Source: Somniosus microcephalus (taxonomy: Eukaryota). From it: DNA of 64,000 nt. This document shows, one piece after another, positions 12,680 to 25,341 of this stretch (positions within the stretch are counted from its first letter, which is position 1; every line of letters begins with the position of its first letter). The DNA lies in assembly GCA_052327205.1 (NCBI GenBank), contig CM126212.1:78740001-78804000 (forward strand), given 5' to 3'. The notes beneath the pieces are model-generated. The model was not told the origin of the DNA, did not search any database, and worked only from the letters and a program-made list of their open reading frames with translations. The position numbers and the translations under genes were made by a program.

Positions 12680-13910
12680 CTAAGCAAATCTGGCCAAGAT
12701 AAGTGTGTCCCTTGCATCCCGGGCGGCAATGTGCTCGCATGCTGGTTGATAGGCCTCCGCAACCTTTTCGCTGTCGGTGTCCTCCTCCTCCTCCTTCTCC
12801 TCATCTGAGGAGGCTATGCGATCAGCCACTTGTACCTCAGACAGCTGCAAGCCATGACGCTGTGCCATGTTGTGAAGTGCACAGCAGACCACGATGATTC
12901 TGGAGATCCTGGCTGCTGAGTACTGCAGGGCTCCACCTGATCTATCAAGGCATCTGAAGCGCATCTTCAGCAAGCCGATGGTTTGCTCGATTGTGGATCT
13001 GGTGGAAATGTGGCTGGAGTTGTAGCGCTCCTCAGCGTCATTGGAAGGGCTCAACGGCGTCATTAGCCACGTCTTCAGGGGATAGCCCTTGTCTCCAAGC
13101 AGCCATCCGAAAATTTGGTCTGGTGGACTGAAGAGTGGAGGCACACTAGACTGGTGCAGGATGAAAGTGTCATGGCAACTGGTACATGGCACAAACATGC
13201 AAAATTTCCTTTATGTGGTCACACACCAACTATATGTTAAGGGAGTGGAAGCTCTTGCGGTTGACAAAAATACCTGGATTGTGATGGGGTGCCTTAAGGG
13301 CCACAAGTGTGCAGTCAACGATACCCTGCACCCTTGGAAAGCCTGCCAGATTGGCAAACCCAACCGCACGCGCGGTTATACTTGCTTGATCCTTGGAGAA
13401 GTTGATGTAATTGTGCGCGATAGCAAAGAGGGCATCGGTTACCTGCATGATGCAAGTGTGTGCGGCCGCCTGGGAGATGCCGCTGATGTCTGCTGCTGAT
13501 CCCTGGAATGAGCCTGAAACAAAAAAGTTGAGTGCGGTGGTGACTTTAACGGCCACTGGTAAGGGGAGTCCACCTGCTCCTCTGGGCTCCAGGTCTTGCT
13601 GCAGCATTGCGCAGATGTTACCCACTACCTCTCGCAAAAGTCGGAGCCTCCTTTGGCACTGCTGCTCAGTCATGTTGAGGTAGCTGATCCTCTGTCTGTA
13701 GACCCTGTTTTGGGGGTATCTCCTGCGCCGACATGCTTCCATGCGCTGGCGCCTTCTGGCCTGTGCAGCTTCATATGGGTAAGCAGCAGCTTGGAGTTCC
13801 TGTTGTTGCTCCTGCTGTTGGTGCTGCTGTTGTTCAGGGTTCTGCTGCTGCCGCAGATGGTCTTCGTCTGAATCTGATGTCCAGGAGGAAAGGAAATAAA
13901 TGGTTCCCAT
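12680..13910 (-). pseudogene. Harbinger DDE transposase (HARBI1-like nuclease)
   Basis: [72 protein letters not shown]; stop at 13230 and a frameshift near 13180. Confidence 0.93.
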
Positions 13911-15555
13911 GTTTCTGGTATATACCTCGGTTGAGGAAGCACTCAGTCAATTTGGGGAGAAGGGTTTCCCAGGAAGTCACAGTGGAGATGGGTGTCAGGC
14001 TCCAAACTTCCACAACAATGAGTAGGCCTGCTAAACAGTCCCCCAGACCTGAGACAACAAGGTTCTGCCACCTGCAAATGATCATCGGTGAAAACTCCTT
14101 TTTAATGATGCAGCTGCAGCTGTTAGTAAGCCATCCAGTTGTGAGGCCGCCAGAATTAACTGGTGTGTTCCAGAGGAGACATGCAGCACGGGGGAAATGT
14201 CTTAAATTCAGAAAGGCCTCTCAAAATGGGATTATAGAGGCAATTAACTGGTAGTTACGGCCCTTATCCCGCCTCTTGGAGGCGGGATGGAAACGGGGTT
14301 TGAAACCACGAATGTGGGAAAATTGCTCGGAGGTGGGATGGAAGCAGGATCGGAGCCACCTGCCACTTTTAGTGATTTTTACAACTCACACGCCTCCATT
14401 CCTACCTTCTCGGGCCTGGCAAAATTGAGCCCAAGGATTGCACCACTACAGAGGCCCACTGGCACCCCACCTCTGGGATTGGCTCCTCCCCTCACCCGCC
14501 CAAAGCCTGACTTGCTGGCCAGCTAAGGGTGGGCCTCAGCCAATTTCCCACAGCCAGGAAGCTGCAGCGGAGCTCCCAGTTGGTGCCAGCAGTTCAGCAG
14601 CTGCATTCAAATGAGGCTCAAACCTGAATATGGTTTGGATCTTCATACACCAGCTTCAGGCAGGAGTTGCCATTATTCCGCTGACTTCATCCACATTTTG
14701 GATGAAAGTTGAAATCCTCCCCCCCCACTTCCATGTTATAGCGAGCAATATATATAGATAACTGCAAAAGAACTTTAAGAACAGAACAGCAATTGTTCTT
14801 TCAAGTGATATATATATGCGGGCTATACTTTCATCTGATTGCTCATTTTTGCAAAAAGGTAGTCGCAACTATAGAGTGTGAACATTGCTCTAACCTCACA
14901 ACCCCTTTTTGCTAAAATTAGCAAACTCAGGAAAATGTACCCCTGTACTCTTTAAGAACCAAAAGAAAACACATATGGCATAAAAATGGCATAATCTGCA
15001 GAATAGCCATCGTGTGTGTTATTAAGGAAAATGTTCCAACATATTGCTGAGAAACTCATTTCCACCAGGAAAATCCATTTAAGTAATAACAGCAATTTAG
15101 ACCTGCACTGGGTCGCACTGTAAACATTATACATGAGAACACAAATGATTTGAAGTATTCTAGCATCTGCTCCGACACAGTATACCATGCACAGGAGAGT
15201 AAATTGCCAATTTTGCACCTAAGTATCCTTTCAACTCTTCTATGGCCTAATTTATAAAATGGGTGTAATTGCTACTCAAGTTGGACTATTCATTTTCCTG
15301 TGCATAATCTCGACAAACAATGGCTCTTTCTGTAATTTACTAAAGGCTAGAAGCTTAATAAGAGCTAGAACCACTTTGTAAATTCTAATCTGTTACAAAT
15401 AGTTCTGTATAGTTTTGTATCTCTTACTTATTATCAGTTACAAAGCAGCTGAAGGAATAAGAACACAACTGTTTAGCTTCATATGTGCAGGCTGTACTGC
15501 ACAAAACAATGTGCTGTTTCCATTCTCTTTGTGCCCTACCCTACATAAACTCATA

Positions 15556-16402
15556 GGCCCCGATATTTGCGGGGAGGTGGGCAGGGAGCAGTGAGCAGGG
15601 GTTGTAGCGGCTAGGAAAACCAGAAATGGAGGTAACGCTGAGGTCCTGTCGAATTTAACAGTCTTCATTTGATTTTTTTTTCTTCTCCATATCGCTGCCA
15701 GCTGCCAGCCGGATTGAGAGGCTGGCTGTCAGTCGGACAGGCCTGCGCTGGAAGGCCACAGCTTGGGAGCAGAGAGGAGAAAGAGAGGGAGGGAGGGAGG
15801 GAGAGATCGTGCGAGGAAGGGGTTAGAGATTACGGGTCGGGGCGGGGGGGGGAGATCGTGGGTCGGGGGAGATCGCGGGACGGGAAGAGATGGTGGGTCG
15901 GGGGGGAGATCGCAGTGGAGTGAAGAAATCGTGGGTTGTGGGGAAATGGCGGGTCGGGGAGATTGCAGGCGGTTCAGGGAGGGGTGCCTCCACATTGCAG
16001 GTCGGGGGGCCTTCGGTTCACAGGGAGGGAAGTAAGTTAGCTTGAGGGGATGGCGGGGAAGTGTTTCTGCTTCTCCTGGCCCACAAGCAGTGCTGGAAAG
16101 GCACTTACCTGCTGACTCTGGCCCTTCTCCCTTCGATGATTCTAAGATTCACCATCTCTTCAGCTGCCGGGTCTCCCGAGCCCTGGGAAACCCGTCCCAC
16201 AGCCGTTAAATCTAAAAGTCTGTTAGAATTTGAGGCACACAGCCTCATTAACATTTTTAAATAACTGACCCGCCTCTCGAGAGCCGGTTAGCTGCCCCTC
16301 AACCCACCTCCGTTAAAACCGAAAGTGGGTGCGTTTGAGGCAGGCTGGTGTCTATACCGTCCTCCCCGCTCCCGCCCATTGTGGGAGAGTTAAAATTCCC
16401 CC
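15556..16402. mobile_element. Harbinger-type MITE with internal G-rich gagatcg repeats
   Basis: Ends ggccccgatattt / aaaattccccc, ATA/ATA flanks; inserted in the (catagaat) tail of the adjacent CR1. Confidence 0.7.
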
Positions 16403-17335
16403 ATAGAATCATAGAATGATACAGCACAGTTCTGGCTCTATGAAAGAGCTTTCCAATTAGTCCCAAGTCCAATTCATCATTAATATATATCAAAAAGATC
16501 AGTGGTCCTAATATGGATCCCTGGGGGACACCACTGTATACCTCCCTCCAGTCAGAAAAGCAATCGTGTGCCATGTCTCTCTATTTTCTGTCTCTTATAC
16601 AATTTCATATTCATGCTGCCAATTCTCCTTTAATCCCATGAGCTTCAATTTTGCTAACAAGCCTATTATGTGGTACTTTATCAAACACCTTTTGAAAGTC
16701 CATATACACAACATCAACCGCACTGCCCTCATCCACCCTTTCTGTTACTTCATCAAAGAACTCAATCAAGTTAGTTGAACACAATTTGCCTTTAACAAAT
16801 CCGTGCTGGCTGTCATTTATTAATGCAAATTTTTTCAAGTGACAATTAACTTTGTCTCGGATTATTGTCTCTAAAATTTTCCCACCACCTCCATTAAGCT
16901 GACTAGCCTGTAGTGGCCGGGTTTATCCCTCTCCCCTTTTTTGAACATGGGTGTAATGTTTGCAACCCTCCAGTCTTCTGGCACCACTCCCATATTTAAG
17001 GAGGACTGGATAAATTCTGGCCAGAGCCTCCGTTCTCTCCACCCTTACTTCTCTCAACAACCTAGGATGCATCCCACCCGGATTGGGTGACTTTTCTACT
17101 TTTCTACTTTGAGCGCTGCCAATCTTTTAAGTACCTCCTCTTTAATCATTTTTATCTGATCCAATTTCTCTACCACCTCCTCCTTTACTGTGACATTGGC
17201 AGCATCCTCTTCTTTAGCGAAGACAGATGCAAAGTATTCATTTAGTACCTCAGCCATGCCCTCCACAAGAACATTTCCTTTTTGGTCCCCAATTTGCCCT
17301 ACCCTTCCTTTGACTAGCCTTTTACTATTTATACG
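16403..17335 (-). mobile_element. CR1-type LINE RT fragment
   Basis: SQHGFVKGK..TNLIEFF, YMDFQKVFDKVPH, SGVPQGSILGP. Confidence 0.9.
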
Positions 17336-18064
17336 TTTTACACACTTATATAATAATTATTACTTAAATCATTTTGAAGCCACTATTGCAATATCCCGTT
17401 TAAGAACCCCTTGTCCAAATGCTGCACTTTTGGTTTACGTGACACTGGGACAAAGGCACTGCAATGTGAGCTGTTCTATTTCATTGTTAAGTTAAAAATA
17501 TAGCAACATACATTGAGAATGGCTGGACAATGGCAGGAGTCTGCCAAAGAAGCTACTTTATACTTAGTCATTGCTTGCGTTTCACTTGAGTGTCACATAG
17601 CAACTGAGAAAATATTTACTTCATTCACAGTCAGTGGAGACCATTTTGGAAGAGGAGGAAGGTGTTATGGGATATGCAAAGGAGACTGTCTAGACTGGTG
17701 CCCTGCTAACACTCCAGAGAGACGATCCTAGCAAATTCACTGAAGCAGAGGGTAGATGCTATTGCAACTTTCTAAACAAGGAGTATATTGACTATCAACA
17801 GTTATCTGCTGATGCACAGAGTGGTCGCACAAAGTTGTCATAAACGGAGTGCATCGTACAATGTAAAAGTTGGGAATTTGGTGAGAGTGGGAATTCGGTG
17901 CAGAGGGGTGAACAAGGCACTGCTTTTTACCTCCAATACTTGTAGTGGTTCATGTAAGCTTGAGGCAGTAAGTATTTAATATTTTGTCCAGTGTTTTAGT
18001 GCAAGTTAATGTGTAAAAAAATACAACAGGCTAAAAAGTAGATATAAATAACCTAGACTAAGAT

Positions 18065-18975
18065 ATGGCAGAGCAGGTTGTGTGTCTGGACTGCAGTATG
18101 TGGGAGTTTGTGGACAGCGAGACTGTCCCAAGCGAACACTTCTGCAGCAGATGTCTCCGTCTCGAATCTCTCCGGCACAGAGTCATTGAGCTGGAGTGCG
18201 AGTTGGAGACACTCCGACACATAAGGGAGGGTGAGGAATATCTGGGCAGTTTGCTCCAGAGCTCGGTCACACCTCGTAGAGAGGTGCAGGATCAGAATGG
18301 GGTTGGTGCGATTGACAGTGTACAGAGTAAGGGGAACCCAGGTGAGATGGAGAATGAGGATCCACAGAAACTGATCCTATCCAACAGGTACAATGTACTT
18401 GCTACCTGTGAGGATAAGGATAAAGACTGTCGGAAGGACAGCTAGAATGCAGATCATGGTACCTTGGAGCAGGAGGCTGTCCAAAGGGGGAGGTGGGAGG
18501 AGGAGGAAGGGAAGCATTATGTGGTAGTTGTAGGGGATTCAGTAATTAGGGGGATAGACAGCATCCTTTGTAAGCAGGATCACGAGTCCTATCAGGTATG
18601 TTGCCTACCTTGTGTCAGGGGGAGGATCCAGCTGTTGTGGTCCATGTTGGGACCAACAACATAGGAAACAGTAGGCAGGAGGTCCTGTTTGGAGAGTACC
18701 AGGAACTAGGAGCTAAATTAAACAGCAAGATCTCAAGGGTTATAATTTCTGGATTATTACCCTATGCAAATTGGCATAGAGATAAGCTGATTAGGGAAGT
18801 GAACACGTGGTTCAAGGAGTGGTGTGGGAAAGAGGGGTTCCATTTCCTGGGCCACTGGCACCAGTATTGGGACAGGAAGGAACTGTACCACTGGGACGGG
18901 CTCCATTTGATCCAGGTTGGGACCAGGGTCCTAGCAGAAAGGATAAATAGGTCAGTCAAAAGGACTTTAAACTAG
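18065..18975 (+). pseudogene. CR1 ORF1: Cys-rich Zn finger, leucine zipper, SGNH esterase
   Basis: CLDC..CSRC, heptad-spaced leucines, VVGDSVIRG, VHVGTNN, DGLHL; broken by a stop and a frameshift. Confidence 0.88.
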
Positions 18976-20684
18976 TAAATGGGGAGGATGGCTCAGGCAG
19001 AAAAGGTAGTATAAATAACAGTTCTAAAACAAAAGAAAGGGAAGAGAGCAGAGTAATAGTAAGAAATTGTGCTTTAGACACTACAGATAAAGGGAAAACT
19101 AAAAGATGTAAAGTGATTAAACCAGGAGAGAGAAATAAGAAATATGTGAGTAAAACATTAGAGCAGAAGGACAAGTTAGGGTGTGTGGCCCAAATAAGCG
19201 TTCTTTATACAAACGCACAGAGTATAAGGAACACATTGAATTAATTGCAGGTGCAAATTCAACTTAGAGGGTATGACATGATAGCCATTACTGAGATATG
19301 GTTGCAAGATGGTCAGGACTGGGAACTGAATATACCAGGTTATAAGGTCTACAGGAAAGATAGGGAAAATGGCAGAGGGGGAGGAATAGCTTTAGTGATT
19401 AGGGATGAAATCACTTCAATGATAAGAGAGGATATAATAAGAGGTAAGCAGGCAGTGGAGACTTTATGGGTAGAATTAAGAAATAGGAAAGGATTTAAGG
19501 TTGTAGTGAGAGTTGTGTATAGGCCTCCTGGTAGCAGCTGTGAAGCGGTTGAATGCATAAATGCAGAGATCAGACAAGCATGTCGCAAAGGCAGAGTGGT
19601 TTTAATGGGGGGTTTTAACTTTCATATAAATTGGGATTAGCAGACTAGTTCATGTCAGAAAGGTAGTGAATTTCTTGAGTGTTTTCAGGTTAGTTTTTGG
19701 CAACAAATTCCTAGAACCAACAAGGGGGCGAGCCATATTAGATTTAGTAATGAGTAATAAGCCGATGAGCCTAACGGTGTTATCCAATAGTGATCATAAT
19801 ATGAACAAGTTCAACGTAATGTTTGAAAGGGAGAAATGCAAAACAGCTACTAAGATTCTAGATTTAGGTAAGGCTGACTTCAATGGGATGAGGCAGAGAC
19901 TGTCCAGAGTAAACTGGGCAAATCTGTTAATGGGTAAAACTACAGAAGATCAGTAGTGGATGTTCAAAAAAGAATTTACTGTGATACAGAACCATATTAA
20001 TACCCCTGAGGGGCAAGAGCTCTACTTGCCCAAAAAAAAGCCATGGCGACTAAAGAGGTAAGAGACAACATAAAACTGAAAGAAAAAGCAGGCAAAAATG
20101 AAAAAATTAGCACAGATCCTGGCAACTGAGAGAGATACAAAGAACAACAAAAAGTGACAAAGCTACAAAAAGGGAGTATGAAAAGAAATTTGCAAGGGAT
20201 ATCAAAAAAAAATTACAATTATACTGGGAAAAGAGGGTGGTCAGGAGTAATGTTGGCCCCTTGAAAACTGATAACGGTGATATTGTCAATGGTAATAAGG
20301 AAATGGCGGACATGTTGAATAATTATGATACGGCAGTATTTTCAGTAGAGGAAGAGGATAGTATGCTGGACATCCTAAGGAAAGTAATATTAAATTAAGG
20401 ATGGGGAACTCACCAAAATTAACTTAAGCAAAATAAGAATAATGAAGAAAATAATGAAAAATGACGAATTCCCAGGACCAGATGGTTTCCATCCCAGGGA
20501 TTTTAAAAGAAATAGGTGAGAACATTGTAATGCCCTAATCTTCCAAAGGTCTCTCAATTTGGGAACCGTTCCTTTAGATTGGAAAATTGCACATGTCACT
20601 CCACTGTTTAAGAAAGGTGAGAGAGGGAAACCAGGGAATTATAGACAAGTTCGCCTAACATCTGTTGTTGGGAAATTATTAGAG

Positions 20685-23600
20685 TGTGGTAAAACCACCA
20701 ATGAACTCCTGTACAAATGAATAACTGTCTTTAAAGCAATGTTACAGCACCTATGTCCGTTTGCTGAGTGTAAACAAGCTTTCTGTAAAAACCCTGAAAC
20801 AACGCGATGATGTCATCACGTTGGTCACGTGGTGCCCTGAGTGGCGGGAAACGTGATGACGTCATGACGTCAGAGGTGGGAGGTTCTGAGTTCAGACCTC
20901 GTGGAACTAGTTACTGTGTAGACCTGTTTGCTGTTGCTCCTGCATGTTTTTGTTTTGTTCACCAGCTTAATTAAATTCGGTTAATTTACTGAACTGCCTC
21001 GACCTCAGTGATTTAGATAGGAATCCGTTGATTCCTACATTAGTGACCCCGAAGCTTCGCGGACGATTTTCGCGGAGACAAGCTCGAGAACAAGATGGAT
21101 GTAAATGCAGCGAGTTTGAAGCTCCCTCAATTTTGGGAACAACAGGCAGCCTCCTGGTTCGTTCAAGCGGAGGCTCAGTTCCAACTGCGAAACATAGTGC
21201 TGGATCAGACCCGTTACCTGTATGTGGTCTCCGTACTGGACAGCTCGACGGCTTCCCGCATTATCAGTCTGCTGGAGACCCCGCCCGCGGAGAACAAGTA
21301 CGAAACGCTCAAGGCGCGCCTCCTGCAGGTATTCGGTCTCACAAAGGCGGAGCGCGCACGACGCTTGCTCGCACTCCCCGGGTTAGGCGATGCTAAGCCT
21401 TCCGAGTTGATGAGCCACATGCTCACCCTCCTCGGGTCTGAGCCGCAGTGTTTTATATTTTGTGAACTGTTCCTCAGCCAGCTCCCTGAACAGGTACAAG
21501 CAGCCCTGGCCAGGTCGACGGCTACGGACGGTGTGGTGCTCGCGGCCGAAGCCGACACCATTTACGCGGTGATGCAACAGTATTGCACCACCTTGACGCG
21601 CCCCGCCTCCAAGAACCCCGCCTTGGCACCTCCACAGACTGGCTTTTGCTACTACCACGCCCGTTTCGGTCAGAAAGCCAGATGCTGCCGACCCCCATGT
21701 AAATTCATGCCACCGGCACCGAGAAAGCAGCAACACCGACTGCGCGACCGGAAGGGAAGCCCCGAGGTTGGTTTCGCCTCCACAATGACAGTTGGTGATT
21801 CCGGGAAATTGTTGTACATCACTGACTCCATTTCAGGCCGGCGTTTCTTATGCGACACGGGCGCTCAGTGCAGCATCCTCCCCGCTTCGGTTCTCGACGT
21901 CCGATCTGGGCAGCGCGGTCCTCCACTACAGGCCGCCAATGGCAGCGCCATCCATACGTACAGGAAGCGGCGTATCCGATTGTGCCTCGGCGGCCAACTC
22001 TTCCACTGGGAGTTTATCACCGCCACGATACCACTGGCAATCCTCGGTGCCGATTTTTTCTGCATGCGTGACCTACTGGTCAACGTACGTAATCGCCGCC
22101 TGATCCATGCCGCCTCACGAGCCCCCATCCCCGGTTTTCGGGGCCTCGGCGGGACCCACGCCGTTGCCCGCACCAAGTCGCCGCCCGACGAGTTCGCCCG
22201 CCTGCTCAAGGAATTTCCGGAGCTCGCTTGACCCACTTTCTCTGCGACGACCGCCAAACACGGTGTTGAACACCACATCGCGACAACCGGCCTCCCAGTT
22301 TACGCCCGGGCTCGGCGATTAGAGGCCAGTAAACTCGAGGCCGCGAAGGCGGAATTCGCCACTATGGAGCGGTTGGGCATCGTTCGCCGATCTGACAGTC
22401 CCTGGTCGTCCCCGCTACACATCGTGCCAAAGCCTGGCGGCGGGTGGCGGCCCTGTGGTGATTATCGGTGCCTCAATGAGGTCACAACTCCAGACCGGTA
22501 CCCGATACCGTATATTCAAGATTTTTCCGCCCATTTGGCCGGCACGTCGTGGTTCTCCAAGATCGACCTCGTCCGCGGATACCACCAGGTGCCCGTCCAC
22601 CCTCAGGACGTCCAGAAAACGGCGGTCATTACCCCATTTGGCCTCCTTGAATTTTTACGGATGCCTTTCGGGCTTAAAAATGCGGCGCAGGTGTTCCAAC
22701 GCCTCATGGATTCGGTGCTTCGGGACCTCAAATTCCTTTTCGTATACCTCGATGACATCCTCGTCGCCAGCGCGTCAAAGGAAGAACACCTACGTCACCT
22801 GCGTGTCCTTTTCCGTCGTCTCCAGTAGCACGGCCTTATAGTTAACCCAAACAAGTGTCAATTTGGTCTGAGGCAGATTGATTTTCTGGGCTACCGCATC
22901 ACCGCGGAAGGGGCACTGCCACTCAGGGCGAAAGTGGCAGCCGTCGCGGCGTTCCCACGGCCGCAATCCGTCAAGGCGCTCCAAGAATTCCTCGGCATGG
23001 TAAACTTTTACCATCGCTTTGTCCCCCGGGCCGCCCGGCTCATGCGGCCGCTCTACGAGGCACTCCGAGGGAAACCGGGGAAAGAACCGGTGATCTGGTC
23101 GTCGGTCATGGATCGCGCATTTGGGGACACGAAGGAGGCCCTCGCCAATGTGACGATGTTAGCGCACCCGCTGCCCGGCGCCACCATCGCGCTCATGACA
23201 GATGTGTCGGACTACGCCGTCGGCGCCGTGCAAGAGCAATGGGTCGACGGGGCATGGCAACCGCTGGCGTTTTTTAGCCGCCAGTTACGTAGTAACGAAC
23301 ATAGCTATAGCACATTTGAGCGAGAGCTGTTGGTGTTGTTCCTGGCCATCCGCCACTTTTGTTTTTTATTAGAAGGATGCCAATTTGTCGCTTTTGTGGA
23401 TCACAAGCCCCTGACGTTTGCCATGACCAAGACAATTGAGCCGTGGTCGGCCCGACAGCAGCGGCAACTCACGTTCATCTCCGAGTTTACCACCGACATC
23501 CGTCATGTGGCCGGCAAGGACAACGTGGTTGCCGACTGCCTTTCACGTGCAGCCATCCAGGCTGTCCAACTGGGTCTCGACTATTCACTAATGGCGGTCG

Positions 23601-25241
23601 ACCAAGCGGCTGACCCGGAGACGCACGCTTTCCGTTCCGATTCATCCGGCCTGCGGCCAGTGGACGTACTCTTCCACTCAGACGGCACATCCTTGCTCTG
23701 CGATGACTCCCTGGGAGACCCATGCCCGATCGTTCCGTCATCCTGGCACAGGAAAGTCTTCGATATCATGCACAACCTCGCCCACCCAGGTGTGCGGGCG
23801 TCACAGAAGTTGTTAGCATCCAAGTTTGTCTGGAGGGGAATGCAAAAAGATGTGCGCGACTGGGCCAACGCCTGTGTCGTGTGCCAGAGAGCGAAGGTGC
23901 AGCGCCATGTTAAAGCTCCTGTTGCCATTTTCGAGGTACCGGAGCGGCGATTCGATCATGTTCATATTGACCTCGTGGGCCCACTACCACCGTCACAAGG
24001 GTTCACGCATCTGCTGACAATCGTCGACCGTACCACCAGATGGCCGGAGGCCATTCCATTGATGTCCACCACCTCCGCGGACGTCGCCCGGGCTTTTCTT
24101 TCATCCTGGGTTGCCCGTTTCGGAGTGCCGTCGGACATTTCATCGGACCGCGGGCCGCAGTTCTCCTCTGCTCTGTGGAACGCCGTGACTTCAGAATTGG
24201 GCGCCAAGCTCCATCGCACCACGGCTTACCACCCGCAGGCCAATGGGTTATGCGAACGCTTCCATCGTTCTCTGAAGGCATCGCTGCGGGCCACCCTCCA
24301 AGGGACCGCGTGGATGGATAAGTTGCCATGGTTAATGCTCGGGTTGCGCACGGCGCCTAAAGAGGACCTGCAGGCGTCGGCCGCCGAATTGGTCTACGGC
24401 CAGCCGCTCAGGATCCCCGGCGAGTTTCTCCCATCGCCGACGCGTCCGTGGTCCGCCACTGAACAGCTGAAGGCTCACCGAGCCGCGGCGCATGCTTTCC
24501 GGCCCATTCCGACTTCACAGCATGGACTGCCTGCGTCACACGTTCCGCCAACGCTTATGAGGGCTAAATTTGTTTTTGTACGGCACGATGCCCACCGTAG
24601 TCCCCTCATGCCTCCATACATGGGCCCCTTCCGGGACGCCCGACTACATTTCCGTGGACCGCCTCAAGGCTGCACACCTGGACCTCGGCCAACCAGTTGA
24701 AACAGCGCAACCGCCGCGTCGTGGACGACCGCCCGCGGCCGCTACGCCTGGCCCATCGGCCCCGCGGCCCAGCTCCTCTCCTGCACCATCCATTCCTCTC
24801 CGGGAATATCGGAGTCGCTCCAACAGGATTGTCCGACCTCCTCGGCGATTGACTTTGATGATTAAAGACACTTCTGGGGGGGCGCATGTGGTAAAACCAC
24901 CAATGAACTCCTGTACAAATGAATAACTGTCTTTAAAGCAATGTTACAGCACCTATGTCCATTTGCTGAGTGTAAACAAGCTTTCTGTAAAAACCCTGAA
25001 ACAAAGCGATGACGTTATCACGTTGGTCATGTGGTGCCCCGAGTGGCGGGAAACGTGATGACGTCATGACGTCAGAGGTGGGAGGTTCTGAGTTCAGACC
25101 TCGTGGAACTAGTTACTGTGTAGACCTGTTTGCTGTTGCTCCTGCATGTTTTTGTTTTGTTCACCAGTTTAATTAAATTCGGTTAATTTACTGAACTGCC
25201 TCGACCTCAGTGATTTAGATCGGAATCCGTTGATTCCTACA
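20685..25241 (+). mobile_element. Near-intact Ty3/Gypsy LTR retrotransposon, CsRn1-like clade
   Basis: 355-bp LTRs at 20685-21039 and 24887-25241 (8 differences by eye); 4-bp TSD AGAG; PBS tagtgaccccga (tRNA-Trp-like); G-run PPT before the 3' LTR. Confidence 0.95.
21095..24860 (+). pseudogene. Gag-Pol polyprotein (Gag-PR-RT-RNaseH-IN)
   Basis: ORFs 21095, 22364 and 22934 share one frame, separated by single stops (22229, 22826); CHCC knuckle CYYH..CRPPC, DTGA, YLDD, TDVSD, HHCC and DDE; frameshift near 24630 before ISVDRLK. Confidence 0.93.
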
Positions 25242-25341
25242 AGAGCCTATATTTAAGGGTAGATTGACTGAATACCTTGACATTTTTCAGCTGATCAGAG
25301 TGAGACAGCATGGATTTGTGAAAGGTAGGTCATGCTTGACA

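Larger units (their letters stand above)
10178..14432. mobile_element. Near full-length PIF/Harbinger DNA transposon (subfamily A)
   Basis: Convergent Myb/SANT-like gene (+) and HARBI1-type transposase (-); right end ggcaaaattgagccc; left end degenerate (aagctgattttgtca), so approximate. Confidence 0.88.

Noticed and set aside
12680-13910. Host HARBI1 gene call
   Set aside because: Multi-copy, disrupted, TIR-flanked and paired with a Myb gene, so a transposon rather than the domesticated gene
21214-24887. Many overlapping antisense and alternative-frame ORFs in the Gypsy element
   Set aside because: Expected shadow ORFs of GC-rich coding DNA; no recognisable motifs
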